From the NCBI RefSeq assembly GCF_000143415.4, contig NW_003314366.1:310001-374000 (forward strand): a stretch of DNA of 64,000 nt, written 5' to 3'. The stretch is from Selaginella moellendorffii. Taxonomy: Eukaryota; Plantae; Lycopodiophyta. The notes beneath the pieces are model-generated. The model saw nothing but the letters and a program-made list of their open reading frames with translations, was not told the origin of the DNA and ran no database searches. Positions 1 to 12,393 of this stretch are shown here, piece after piece (the first letter of the stretch is position 1; every line of letters begins with the position of its first letter). A program made the position numbers and the translations under genes.

Positions 1-507
1 AATTAATAACTTCATACAGCAATTTTAGCTGTATATTTTTCAATGTCTTAGCATAGCAAATTAAATTAATATACTTTAACAGATGTTTCCTCAAACTTCT
101 TCTCAATAGATTAAAGCATATCTCTAGGAATATCCTGTCCTCACAAATAAGTTTCCCTGCCGAAGATTCCAGTCAGCTGACCGAATGTCCTAGTGCATAT
201 TCCTATCTCTACAGTGAAGGCGGCCATTTTGTGCTTTAGCCCCCGGGACGAGGGCTTGGAGTGCAGTGCAAGATAAGCACGCGCCTTGCTAGGTCACTAG
301 TCTGCTCGCCTCCAACGGGATCGTCCCTCGCCGGCCGTGCCTCCCATCGCCACTGCTGCCTCTCCTCTCATTCCCTTGGCGGCCGGCAGGGCGACTTCGC
401 GATTGAGAGGTATGGCATGGATTCGTGGCTTGGAATCTAGAATTTCACTCGTGCCCGTGGCAGATCCACGCAATTTGGAAGCTAAAGATCTTGGAAGCTA
501 ATCTAGA

Positions 508-1980
508 ATGGCCGTGACCTTGAATGCTCCGGTCATCAATGCTGCTTCCAACGCCCAGGGCTTGGCCGCTCTAAACCAGGACCTCGCGCTTGGCTGCTCC
601 AACACTGCGTTGGGAATCGCGAAAGCTGGGATCCTTAAGAGTAAGCTACTTGGAGCTCGCCCTTGCACTGGATTCTCGTCTCGACACCTCTCCCCGGCTA
701 GGCTGCCTGTGAAATGCGGCTCCAGCTTCTACAGCGATGGAAACTTGGCGGATGATTCTATCCAGGACGATGAAAACTATATCAACTCCACTGTTTTGGA
801 AGCTGGTAAGCTGTTTTGCAATAGCTTCTCTTACATCGATTCATGGAGATTTCTTTCCTTGTGTCTTCTTTAGTGGAGGTGAAGAGTGGAGCTGACGGTT
901 TCATGATCACAATGCGAGATGGGCGTCACATAAGATGCGAGCACAACAATGCTGATGGTGGTCACTTACCAGACTACGCACCACAGCCGGCAATTGTGCT
1001 CAAGATGGACGACGATAGTAACCTTCTTCTTCCAATAATCGTTTGTAAGTCACGCCATCTTTGAGTTTCAACAGCTGTCTAACGCTTTTTCTTGCGACTT
1101 GGTTTCCTTGCAGTGGAGTTACCCTGTGCAATGCTCATGGAAGCTGTGCGAAACATTCAAGTTGTAAGTTTCGCATTTTCCTTTTGATGGAAAACTATAC
1201 CGTGTTTGTTACAGGCCAGACCAACAGTATACAATGTGATGAAAGATATGATTGAGCTGATGGGATATCAAGTACGTGAATGTTTCTGCTGGTTTTTTCT
1301 GCTTGTTCTGGATTGACAGCGACGTGGTGCAGCCCAAGCTTGTGCGCATCACAAAACGGGTACACGAAGCTTATTTTGCAAGACTGTATCTTGCAAAGGT
1401 ATTTTCAAGGTCACTTGTATAATCTATCGATGATGATGTTGCTTTTCGTTTGTTTCTTTTTGCAGGATGAGAATGGAACTCAGAAGATTTGCAGTCTCGA
1501 CGTGCGTCCTTCGGATGCTATAAATCTTGCAGTTCGTTGCCAGGTAAAAATCAAATTTTCAATGCAGGCAACAGAAAATAAAAATATCTTCTCTCTTCTC
1601 AGGTTCCGATTCAAGTGAACAAGCAACTTGCCTATTGCGATGGTGTTCGCATCGTCAAGGAAGCCATGAGGCTGCCACTAAAAGGTTTCAAGGGACTATC
1701 ATTGGACAGGTAACGCTCGCGAGTTTTCCCGGTAGCAAAGCAGCTGATTAGTTTCTCTCCCCTAGGCCGGAATCTGGAACATGTACAGAGGCGGAAGAGT
1801 TCGTCCTGGTCCGTAGCATGATGGTTGCAGCTGTGGAGGAGCGCTACAACGATGCAGCGCGCCTGAGAGACCAGCTCAGCAAGTTCCGTTCGTCCAAGAA
1901 GCGCCAGCAAGAGGTACGAGATGGACTTGCGATTTTGTTTTGGTGATGGACATGCACTGGTCTGGGTCTGGCAGGCGTAA
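508..1980 (+). CDS. BBD: Bifunctional nuclease BBD1/BBD2-like (DUF151 domain plus C-terminal UVR-like motif), about 9 exons
   Basis: Spliced translation across GT-AG introns (first intron 806-873): ENYINSTVLEAVEVKSGADGF...LPDYAPQPAIVLKM...LLLPIIVLELP...ARPTVYNVMKDMI...VRITKRVHEAYFARLYL...DVRPSDAINLAVRCQVPIQVNK...AAVEERYNDAARLRDQL. Stop TAA at 1978-1980. Confidence 0.9.
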
Positions 1981-2266
1981 AGCGTTCATGGTGGACGATT
2001 GTACATAAAACTAAAAGCAGCACTCTCTGTACAAAAGTAAGCACAGGTAGATGTACATAGAACACTACTGGAGAAAGCGGTAAGTTGAGAGCCTCCCTTT
2101 CTCTCTTTTCTCTCTCGCTCTCGCTCTCCCTCTCCCCACCATAGTCACCGATTGTTTCAATTTTTCTCACTGTTCGAAGACAATGAAAAAGTTGATCAAA
2201 AGATAGAAGAGGTCTTTATCAAACAAACCACATATCAAACGTTCACACAACTTCAGCAAAGGGTTC

Positions 2267-3018
2267 TCACCACCATCTGCGACATTGATTCCATCCCCAA
2301 GCACAAGCACTGTAGCATGGTCGATAGACATAGTTGTAGCAGGGCTGGGTCACGTACTGTGTGACATACCGCGTTACATACTGCGGTACGTACTGAGTTA
2401 CGTACCGGGTGATGTACTGTGGTACATACCGGGTTACGTAACGGTTGATGTACTGTGGTACATACTTGGTTATGTACTGTGGCACATATCGCGTTATGTA
2501 CTCCTTCACTCGGATCACCTTGGGGGGCTGGTTCTTTAAGCGCTTGATTTCCTCCTCCAAGCACCACACTCGATTCTGACACTCTTTCAGCTTAGTTCTG
2601 TCCCCTTCTCGCCCTTTCTCGCACTTCTCCAGTCTGATGGAGTCATCCCAGAGAGAGTTAGGAAGTGGATCCAGGAGAGAAACACCAGCACTTACTTGAC
2701 TTCGACTTTCTTCTTATCCTCCTTGGCGTGATTCTTCTCCTCCCTGCACTTGTTGAGGTCGACAGTGAGCTTCTCGCAATCGCACTTCTTCTTCCCGCCC
2801 TCGATGCAGTCGATAAGGCGCGCGTTCAGCTTGGCGTTCTCGGCCTCTAAGCGGCTCTTGGTGGAAACCAAGCCGTCGTGTTGAGCGACATGGTCCCAGT
2901 ACTTGCTCAAGTTGTCCCTTAGATCATTCCTGTCCTGAGGCATCATAACATATACATTACCAGCAAATGCCGCCCGGTCCAAAGTCTGGAGCATGTCTTG
3001 CTTGCTTGGTGGAGCCAT
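2267..3018 (-). CDS. Orphan protein (~229 aa): Cys-containing coiled-coil followed by Tyr-periodic tetrapeptide repeats and a Cys/Trp-rich tail; 2 exons
   Basis: ATG at 3018. Intron 2634-2695 (GTAAG...CATCAG) joins ...KKKVEVK to LEKCEKGREGDRTKLKECQNRVWCLEEEIKRLKNQPPKVIRVKEYITRYVPQY... in frame, ending ...CRRWW*. Confidence 0.7.
2350..2505. repeat. 12-bp coding tandem repeat (Y-[IV]-[TPN]-[RQK] x ~13)
   Basis: Units such as gtactgtggtac/gtaccgggtgat encode YITR YVPQ YITK YVPQ YINR YVTR YVPQ YITR YVTQ YVPQ YVTR YVTQ YVTQ on the minus strand. Confidence 0.9.
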
Positions 3019-3924
3019 CCTCCAGAAACAAATCACACCCGATCACAGCGAAAACAGGGTGACCCAGATCTGCCCCTAGCGTTGCTTTAAGGCCGTGAAA
3101 GTCACATCGAAGACTAAGTCGTTCATGACTGCCCTACAATAATCACGTCGTCCAAGCCTGCACTGCAACAGTCAAGACCTCCAAGCATGTTCCAGGATGC
3201 TGCTGCAACAATCTTGGGTTGTATGCCCAAAAATTTTGCCCGGAAACCTTTGTTAGAGTTCTCCTACCTAAGAAATTTAAAACAATTACTAATTTGCAGT
3301 GTCCCTTGAAAATTCCAAGCATTCTCCTTGCGTGCCAGCCACCACAAACCAAAGATAATAGAAATTAGATTATTAAATCATAACAATATAATTAGAGTAC
3401 AGAAGTATATTTTATTTTAAAATTTAATGAAATAATATTAAATATAAAAAATATCATGTAAAGTATTATAATATATGGCTAGAAATCTATTAATAAACAA
3501 AACACCAACATGTTTCTTTTTGTAGTGGGGTGCTGGTTTTCCTCCTTTTACAGATCGTTGTGAAAATGGCTGAAAGTGAGTAAACTTACTGTACAGAATC
3601 GCACAAAACATTCCTGATCTCTCCTTTCAGATTCTCTACCACTTTCTGGTTGGATGAGGTATGCTTTAAACTGTGAGAACTTGATTGATAACTTCGATCA
3701 AAACATGGGGTTTGTATGTATTCATCCATTCGTTGTTTACAAAGTTTCCCAGTGCCCACCAAAAAAACGGATTATAGTAAATGATTTCTTGAGCCATTCG
3801 TTTGTTGAACTCATCCAGGTCTTCTGCCACTGAGCCTTCTGTCACTGCCCTAGGCTTCACCAATCTACCTGCCGCCCCTCATGTTGGAACCTTAACGTGA
3901 TCCTCGAAGTATTGATTGGCAGCA

Positions 3925-4135
3925 CTAGTTTACACTTTGAATCCCTGTCAATGGCACGGGACTTTTTGTTTGACTGACGCACAGTTAGATGCCTATAGTC
4001 AATGGTCAATGAATTATCGGTCTTTGATTGGTGAAGTTCTACGCGGTTGTTCGTATCAACAAAGAACCATCACAAAATTCTGCTGATTTCTCTGTAGTTT
4101 CTTCGAGGGCATTGAAGCTGCCAATGAGATCTTAC
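3925..4135. promoter_or_regulatory. Duplicated regulatory block, copy A (W-boxes and GGACTTT motif)
   Basis: Similar to 5300-5480 (cactttgaat..tcaatggc.cgggactttt...tatcaacaaa.a.ccatc...tgaagctg.caatgagatct). TTGACT at 3970, AGTCAA at 3997, GGTCAA at 4004. Confidence 0.5.
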
Positions 4136-4299
4136 CAAAGAAATTGCTGTTCATTGTCACCAAACAAGAAAACCTTGCTTTTGGCAATTGTACATTAGCC
4201 AGTCATTGTTTGCAACTTATATTACATTTGAGAGTGAGAATAGCGGTTTATCATGGCCTTGAGACCAGATTTTGTTGTGTGCCGGTTTTCTTTCCTTTG

Positions 4300-4521
4300 C
4301 TACGCTCTTCCCTCTTTTCCCTTATTATGGATTCTTCCGGGCGATCCTCCTGAAATGGCTGGAGATTTTTTTAATGCTTCAAACGTTAACACTTTGCTTG
4401 AAACCGGTGCTGGTTTTGAATCCATTGTCTTCATGGTGCTAGTCGATTGGAAGGGCCTGGCAGCAGCAGCAGCATGGAGAAACAGGAGGAGCATGCCCAA
4501 GATCACAACCACATGAACCAT
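4300..4521 (-). CDS. Small secreted signalling peptide precursor, IDA/IDL-like (73 aa)
   Basis: Signal peptide MVHVVVILGMLLLFLHAAAAARP. C-terminal FEALKKSPAISGGSPGRIHN aligns without gaps to the IDA EPIP motif FGYLPKGVPIPPSAPSKRHN. TATA-like CTATAAAAA on the minus strand at ~4609-4617. Confidence 0.7.
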   Translation of the reverse strand: MVHVVVILGMLLLFLHAAAAARPFQSTSTMKTMDSKPAPVSSKVLTFEALKKSPAISGGSPGRIHNKGKEGRA

Positions 4522-5145
4522 TCTTGATCTCTCCAAGATCACAGGAAATCTGGCTAGAAATTGCCTACCTGACAACCTTCGAGTGACTGAGAGAAAACAT
4601 CCATGAGGTTTTTATAGATCAGTGGATACAAGACTGCCTTGGCAGGGACAAGCTTGGTGCCAGTCACACACGGCAGACGTCGCGTAGATCATCTTCGGCG
4701 AAAAAGAGGCCCACGACACACTTTCTGATCCCGATCGCGTCCACAGCTTGACAGGATCCTCTCCGCGGTTATGAGACGCCTGGACGAACTTCCTGACCGT
4801 GGGAAGTTTCGGTTCACTTTCAATGCGGGACTTAATTTCTGTTATGATGCAGTTCATATCGATTACTAGGAACCACCTAAGAACATAGATCATTTAACAA
4901 AAGTACAAATTTGCACGCAGGCAGGCGAGAGCGGATCTGCAGCTAGCGGCAGCTAGCGGCAGCTAGATCTAGAGATCGAGAGGAAGAAATCGAGCTGGGA
5001 CTTACTTGAATTGGCGCTCCCCGCAGCCCTTGTGCTCGATCTAAAACCTTCTCTTCGCTTTTGCAGCACCGTTAGAGCTACAGTCAATGTTTGAATGTGG
5101 GTCAGGCCAATGTTAAGAGTTTTGCGTTTAGGTAGCTGCAACATA

Positions 5146-5180
<35 letters not shown>

Positions 5181-5194
5181 TACACACACACACA
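5146..5194. repeat. Compound microsatellite (CT)n(CA)n
   Basis: tctctctctct...cacacacacatacacacaca. Confidence 0.95.
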
Positions 5195-5299
5195 TCTTTC
5201 CATGACCTGTGAATTCGTCGTCTCCATCAGGCCGGTTCTAAATTGTGAGATCTAGCTGAAGAACTTTGATCGAGGCGTGGGGCAATTACGTGAATGTCA

Positions 5300-5480
5300 T
5301 TTCACTTTGAATGCCTATCAATGGCCCGGGACTTTTCCGTTTGTCAGATTTGAGTCAATGCTCGTGCAAGTATAACAGTGTCTATGGTTAATGGTCATTG
5401 AACTAGAGGTCTCTTTTTTTATGGAAAAGTTCTATCAACAAAAACCCATCATCTGGGCCTTGAAGCTGTCAATGAGATCT
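5300..5480. promoter_or_regulatory. Duplicated regulatory block, copy B, upstream of the IDA-like gene
   Basis: Similar to 3925-4135. Contains GGGACTTTTCC (~5328) and AGTCAA (5353). Confidence 0.5.
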
Positions 5481-6714
5481 CACGATATATTCACCGGAAG
5501 CTCCAACTGCTCTTCATTCTTTCACCCTTGGGACACACATTTTCACAAACAAGCACAGTGGAATCTTCCACTGCTGGGTCCAACTCTGAAAGTTCCTCTG
5601 CCGTGCCTACAACGTCGTAGTTTTGTTGGGCAGCCCTCGAAATACCCCGTGCCTCCAGGGAAGGAGGCAATTCTAACAAGAGCTCCTTAGGCCGGATGCG
5701 TTCCGTCACCACATTAGTGAGTGCTAAATCAGAGTCATACCATCGCCCTGTCAGACGCAACGAGCGCAACAACAAAAGCACCACCCACAATGACTTGGCT
5801 GTCCGTCACAGTCGAATGGTGGCACCCACTCCCAATCCAGTGAGCACATATGTAAACGAGTAACAAGATGATAACAGTTTCTCACCTGGATTGGGTCTCA
5901 ACCTTCTCCTCAGGGCTATATTCTCCTTTATTTCAACTTGTTTGATGTCCTCCACAATATCGAAGTCATATATATTGAAGAGCTCAAGGGTAAGATCCAG
6001 GAGAAGCCACAAAATATTGTGAGGTGCCTCACTGATGCATTCGTCTTTGATTAAGTTCTACGTTTAAAAACTACTGCCAATTGCTCAGGCTCGATCGCTG
6101 CAGTCACCCAGAGGGTTAGGGATGAAAGGAAGGGAGAGCAGTTGTTTCTTTCCGTTGCTAGTCCTAGTGAAATATTTTCCTAATGCTCGCGAATCTGGAC
6201 GAAACAGGTTTAGGGTAGAAATACGCCTACATGGTCGGATTGCGACTGTGCTGTGACTGGCATGACCAGACACTTACAGCAGCAACTTTTGTTTCACACA
6301 CATACCGTGCCCAGTATTTATGTTATAACTTGGGGGAAGTGGCATTTGAGATGGACTATGTTTCGCCCTGATTTGATACTATGTTTTTGTGACCCCGAAC
6401 AGCAATCGCTTTCATGAGATCTCATTGATGTCCAGGATGCGGTTTCGATTTCAATCTTGCAGAGGATCGCCCGCGTCCATCAAATCTAATTCATTGACCA
6501 TTGACCATAGACATTGACCACGAGCATTGGTCTCTGCTCCAGTGGCCCGTCCCTAGAAGTGTTCTCTTAACCACTTTAGCTCAAGCTCTTTTTCATCTGT
6601 CAAGAAATGTTAGCATCTTCTCAAATCACCGCCACCTCTCCATCTCTAATGCGCCGAAAATACTGCCAAGTTTAAAAGCAAAGGACCATGTGCTTTTTAG
6701 TTCTTATGTGCTGT

Positions 6715-6895
6715 TTTTCTTTCCTTTGTTACCGGTGGTGTTCTTCCTTCTTTTTTGATTCTTCCTGACAATCCTACTGAAATGGCTGAAGATTTTCCTA
6801 ATACTCTAGCGTCCCTTGACAATGATGCTGGTACACTGGAAGGGCAGCAGTGGGAAACAGAAGGAGCACAACTGCATGAATCCCTGATCTCTCCA
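6715..6895 (-). pseudogene. Frameshifted paralog of the IDA-like peptide gene
   Basis: Nucleotide similarity to 4310-4535. One frame reads HAVVLLLFPTAA and another ARVLGKSSAISVGLSGRIKKEGR (compare KKSPAISGGSPGRIHNKGKEGR). The HN motif is lost. Confidence 0.6.
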
Positions 6896-7653
6896 GAAAA
6901 CTTTCTAGTAACTGAGAGAAAGCTAGGAGCAGAAATCTTTAGTGGAGCTTGCTACAAATTCCCTCGAGTTGATCGATCCAAAGCTTGAGGTTTTACAGAT
7001 CTGCTTTGGCACCCACCCTGGACAAGAAGAGGGGAGTTTCGTTTCACCTTCAGTGCTTTGAATCTGGCTGGACTTTCCTTTGAGTTGTACTTCCAATAAT
7101 TCAATATCAGTCAATGTGTGTTTTATATCTTAAGCATAGTGACGATCTTTACCCTTACGCTGATTCACCAAGCCTGCATGGTCGGATTCTGTGGCTGCCA
7201 TGGCCAGACACTTACACACAGCAACTTTTCTTTCACAAACATACGGTGCCCAGTATTTTTGTTATAACTTGAGAAAAGTGACGGCGCATTTGAGATGGAA
7301 AGGTGGCGGTGTTTTGATACTAACATTTCTTGACATTTTGCATGAGCTGAAGTCGAATTTGGTCTTCTCGGGACGGGCCACTGGAGCCCGACAAAAGGAC
7401 GAGCGCTGCGTCGCTCAGCAAAGACTGTTGTATTGTCTGGCCGGAGGAGGACGGACGGAACTCTTTCTCTTTGATTCTACTTGGGTGTCACCTCTCCCTT
7501 TTCCCGATCGCGAATGCGGGGGTCACACGCAAGCAGCAGATGCTCACGACATTCACAGGTTTTCCCCACCAGGTTTTGTAGCTTTGCTCGCTGTCGGCTT
7601 CCACGGATCGTGATCACTGTACTCGAAACGATTTCCGTGATCATCCTCTCAGG

Positions 7654-10138
7654 ATGGCTGCTGCTGCCAATCTGCCAAAATCAACTTACTTTGAGAGCGA
7701 AGTCTTGAGGTGGTTTTGTGTGGCTCGGCCAGAAAGAAAGGTGAGCTTGTTCTGAGAGCTATAGCATCATGGCAGCTATGGCCGACGAAGACTGCTTGCG
7801 TGGTAGCTTTCATCTTGGCAGTGACAGTAGCAGGACCATCAAGCCGTGGTCGACCAGGAAATCGTCGTCCAAACCATCGTCTCCGTGGCTCAGTCCTTTG
7901 CGGCAGCGCCAGTTGATCCAGCCGGTGTCGAGCACTCGCGTCTGGGACGTAGAGTTCCCGAGATCATCGTCATCACCATCGAGGCGGCAAAGCCAGGATC
8001 CCAGGAGCAGGGAGAGAGTGAAGCTGCGGCGATCGCTCTCGCTCTTGGAACGCCCAACGCCGCCACCGCAGCCGTGTAGCTCCGTCCGCCGCAGCCTGTG
8101 GAGCGGCGAGAGCAAGCACGCCCTCCAGATGCGACTAGGAGTCTACCTGGATGCTATGCCCGAGGAGCCCATCATCGCGTCCAGCAGCGCTAGCGATTTG
8201 GAAGAAGATCTTCTTCTTCGTCATGGCGACTGCAAGGACGATGATGATCGTGGCGAGAAGAAGCAAAGCCCATCCAGCAGCAGCGATCAGGAGGCGGCCT
8301 CATCCATCTTCTCGTCCAAGAAATCCTCGTCCTTCTCCTCCACCAGCGATGGCGGCACAGCCACCTCCTCCAATCGTGCTCAAGAACGCGAAGAAGTGGA
8401 AGAACAAGGTGGGTTCCTGGATTACACGCTTGTGCGCGGCCAGCTCGTTCTTCCGGAGGTAGACGATGGCGACAAGGAAGAGGACAATCGGCCGCCATGG
8501 CCAGCATCGCCATTGCCGCCGGTCCAGGCTATGGCGGACAGATACCCGGCCTGGGCATTGATGCGATCTCTCACGGAGAAGAAGAAGAAGACGATGATCC
8601 ACGAGGAGGATAGTGAGCGTCGCCGCCACGTCGCCAGGAGATTGCTCTTCACATCCAGCCCTAGCGAGCAGCAGCCACGACCCTCGTCGCGCTTCTTCTC
8701 CCCAAGCCCTAGGAAGGAGAGGAGCGATGGTGGCGGTGGCGATCTTCTCAAGGCTCTCTTGGACGCGCTGCCTAGAGCGCTGATCCGGAAGAGGAGTAGC
8801 AGCGGCGGCAGCAGTAGCGCTGGCAGCAACAGCGGCAACAGTTCTTCCTCGGCACACCTGCATTGCGCGATCCGGCACGACCACCATAGCTACACGTATC
8901 TCGTGGATGGATCCGAGGAGCGCCTCGTCGCGCGAGTGCCCAGGCCTCGGGAGCAGCACGATCGAGGAGAGAAAGAGGACGAGCAGCCACAAGGTCAAGA
9001 GGAAGAGGTGTGTTCTTTCTTCTCGTGGAAGCGTAGCTCCTCTAGGGCGAAGGCACGATCTTCGTGGAGGCCGGCATGGGCGTCGCCCAGCGCTGGAGAT
9101 TCCAGGCCGCAAGAGTCCTCGGAGCTGGTGGCAAACATGAGATTGCGAAGGAGCCCTTCATCGATCGCGGAGCTCCAGTTTGTTCTAAGCGATGTTTGCG
9201 AGAGATCGTTGGCGCTGGAGCAGCGCCAAGGTGACCAGTCCATTGATCATCGTCTCAGCTTCTCATCGTGGCAGAGCAGCAGCCTCTCCTCGGCGAGCTC
9301 CTCGTCCAATCCATCCAAGAGCTCTACCAGGATCACGAAGAAGAAGAGCTTGTCACACAACTCCAGCCCGACCAGGGGGAAGATCGCCGACGATGACGAC
9401 CAAGAGCTGGACATTCTTCGCGAGGTCTGGAAGCAAATGGAGGCCGATGAGAGATCTCGAGCCGCCAAGAAGAGGATGAATCCATTGCAAGAGCTCGCAG
9501 CCATCGTCGTCACTCTTCCAGGCCTAGCGACTAATCACCATCACCTCAAGAGCTCCTCGCATTCCAGGAATCCCAGCGTGGAGTCTCTTCCAGATCATGG
9601 ATTCGCGGCCATGAGCGTGACGGCCGTTCTTCCCGTTGGCGAGCATGGGCTCCCTGATCGTCCAAACAGCGATGGTGGTGACCGTGATAGCAGCAGTAGT
9701 GGTGGTGCCGGTGGTCCGAGTTCTTTGATCCAGCGGTGGAGGAGGGGAAAATGCGATTGTGGAGGCTGGGATCTGGGATGCGCGCTTCACACTCTTGGAA
9801 GAAACCCGGACGCTAGAAGCCCGCTATCCAGCAAACTAGACATCTCCCTCCAGGTGAGAGTTTTTCACGGGTTTTGGTTTGTTCTTGACAAAGTTCTTGT
9901 TGATCCAACTTAGATCCAAGGTGGGCGGGGGCAAATCGATCGAGATTGCTTCGAGCTGGTGGGATTGAGCAACGGTCTCTTCTCGGTCAAATTCAAGGAG
10001 CCATTGTCGGCGCTGCAAGCGTTCGCTACAGCGGTGGCGATTATCCACGCGAGCCGGGTCAACACTGGCCAGGACCTCTGGTCGGCGGGGTCAAACATTT
10101 CGATGCTCTCTCGATGCCCTCCTCTCGAGGAACTGTGA
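7654..10138 (+). CDS. DUF3527 family protein (probably 3 exons)
   Basis: C-terminal motifs ELAAIVV...VTAVLPVGEHGLP...GPSSLIQRWRRGKCDCGGWDLGC. After intron 9854-9913 it reads GLFSVKFKEPLSALQAFATAVAIIH. Upstream ATG 7654 joins in frame via intron 7710-7764; alternative start 7769. Confidence 0.85.
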
Positions 10139-10460
10139 AAACAAATGCTAGGATCTGTCAACGATAGTCAAACTTTAAGGCATATCTTAGCATGTCCTAA
10201 GGATATTCTCTAGACTATTAGGGCTCTAAGGGTCAACGGTAGTCAAAACTTTGGTCGTTGTTTTGGTCAACTGCGTTGGTGGGAGCGAGAGGACTTTCTT
10301 CTTCCCCTCGCATGCCACCGACGCGCACTCCAATGATCGATTCGAAGAGAAAGCTTTTCTACCGTAGAAATTTTTTAGCTACCTTCTAAGCTTGGAATCA
10401 ATGGAAGGCTCTGGCTTCGCGATCATCGCCGGCAGGAACCCTTGTTGAGCAAGGAGAGGC

Positions 10461-11950
10461 ATGGCGGCAGCGCTGTGGAGCTCCATAGCTCCGGCGAGAT
10501 CGCGCCCAATTGCTCGATCCTGCGCTACCCAAGAGGAATCCTCCTCTGCGACGGTGAGTGTGAGAGAGCGTTCCAGATCCGCGAGCCTAGGGCCGCACAC
10601 CGGCAGAGATTTGTCCGTGAAGAAGCCGGAGTGGCTCCGGCAGCGCGCGGCGCAGGGCGATCGCTACTCGGAGCTCAAGGAATCGCTAGGCGCGCTCAAG
10701 CTCCACACGGTCTGCGAGGAGGCGCGCTGCCCAAACATTGGCGAGGTGGGCTGCCAGCAGCTGCCCAGTCCGGGCATTTTCTTCTCATCGATTGGATTTG
10801 GTTGGATCTTTGTTCTTGGCAGTGCTGGAATGGTGGGAGTGGCGATGGCGCGCATGGAATTGGGACTGCCACGATCATGCTGCTGGGAGACACTTGTACG
10901 AGAGGATGTAGATTTTGCGCGGTTGCGACGAGCAGAAATCCAGCTCCTCCGGATCCATTGGAGCCCGAGAACACTGCCAAGGCTATCGCCAGTTGGGGGT
11001 AAGAGATCGATCGAGCAGTTTTTCTCCTGTCGTTCTTGGTGATGGAAAACTCTTTTCTTTGCTTTCCCAGTGTAGGATATATTGTTCTCACCAGCGTTGA
11101 TCGCGATGATATGCCCGACGGCGGCAGCGGCCATTTTGCTCGGACTGTAAGAACGCTCAAGGTATCAAAAGAAAGTTTGTTTTTGCTTGGAGAAAGACAA
11201 GACCTCTTGTTTTGTTCTTCCAGGAACTTAAGCCCGAGATTCTGGTAGAATGCTTGGTTTCGGATTTTCGAGGCGATCCGGAGGCCGTGACAACGGTGGC
11301 TACTTGCGGTCTGGACGTTTTCGCTCACAACATCGAGACTGTGAAGCGGCTGCAAAGAATAGTTCGTGATCCAAGAGCCGGGTAAGAAAACGAAAACTCC
11401 ATACCTTTTTTCCGTTCTTTCTTACTGGATCCATGAGCGCGGGCATTGTTGATGCAGGTATGAGCAGAGCTTGGGAGTGTTGAAACTCGCCAAGGCATCG
11501 AAAGATGGCCTCATTACAAAGTCGTCGATCATGCTAGGGCTTGGCGAGAAGGATGACGAGATCAAACAAGCTCTGGACGATCTCAAAGCTGCGGGAGTTG
11601 ACATCGTTACCTTTGGCCAGTACTTACAAGTAAGTGATAGCAATGAAGTGACGAGTATGCTTGTTTACCTTAGCTTACGAACGATCTTCCCGACAGCCAA
11701 CTCCTGTGCACCTCACGGTGAAAGAGTACATAACTCCGGAGAAGTTCGACTTCTGGAAAGAATACGGGGAGTCAGTCGTCGGGTTTCGATACGTCGCAAG
11801 TGGTCCACTGGTTAGTACTCTTCCTCTCCCACATAATTGCAAACTTTAAGAAAATGTTCTTACCATTTGCAGGTCCGATCGTCGTACCGAGCCGGAGAGT
11901 TCTTCGTGGAGAGCATGATTCGCAGCTCTCGTGAAGGATCAAAGAAGTAG
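10461..11950 (+). CDS. LIP1P: Lipoyl synthase, plastidial type (radical SAM), multi-exon
   Basis: [12 protein letters not shown] (CX4CX5C) and CTRGCRFC (CX3CX2C) motifs, [69 protein letters not shown]. Ser/Arg-rich transit-like N-terminus. Confidence 0.93.
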
Positions 11951-12393
11951 GCTGTAGACTTAGCGGCCAATTTTTTGTTCCAAAAACTCCTTTTGTCTCA
12001 CAGTGGTGGAGAATCTACGCGAAGAATAAAAGCTGCATGTTTCCCGGAAGTTAAAGACGTGTTGTTCAAAGAGCATGCAGTACCTGGTAATCGGCCATGG
12101 AGAGATTCGTCACCTCGCCTTCTATTTCCAGGCTCCACACAAATCGCCCATGGCGGACCGGCCTTTCGTCCTTCTATTCGCGTCTCCTGCTTCCTCTCCA
12201 GCGCCGTCGTCGCCTTCTCCTTTACTCTTGCTGCTTCGCTCGTCCTCTTTCCCTTTTGATACGCCCATTGCTGGATCGTGTCGGTGTTCTTGCTCCAAAT
12301 CCCATTACGCTGCATGGTCGGCTCGCGCATTGCCATGTTCGAGCCTCATCACTTGGTCGTGAAGCGAGCATGCATCGCTGAGAATGCAGCGTA

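Noticed and set aside
128-202. P1BS-like GNATATNC motifs upstream of BBD (also near 10201, 32353-32380, 46977-46995)
   Set aside because: The motif recurs in many intergenic and AT-rich stretches here, so specificity for phosphate regulation cannot be argued.
2350-2505. Tyr repeats as BURP-cyclised (burpitide) RiPP core peptides
   Set aside because: No signal peptide, no BURP domain (CH motifs) in the gene or window, and no spacer/core organisation. Kept only as a minor alternative.
5491-6012. Two short minus-strand ORFs within the peptide array
   Set aside because: Non-ATG starts, no recognisable domain and no supportable splice model.
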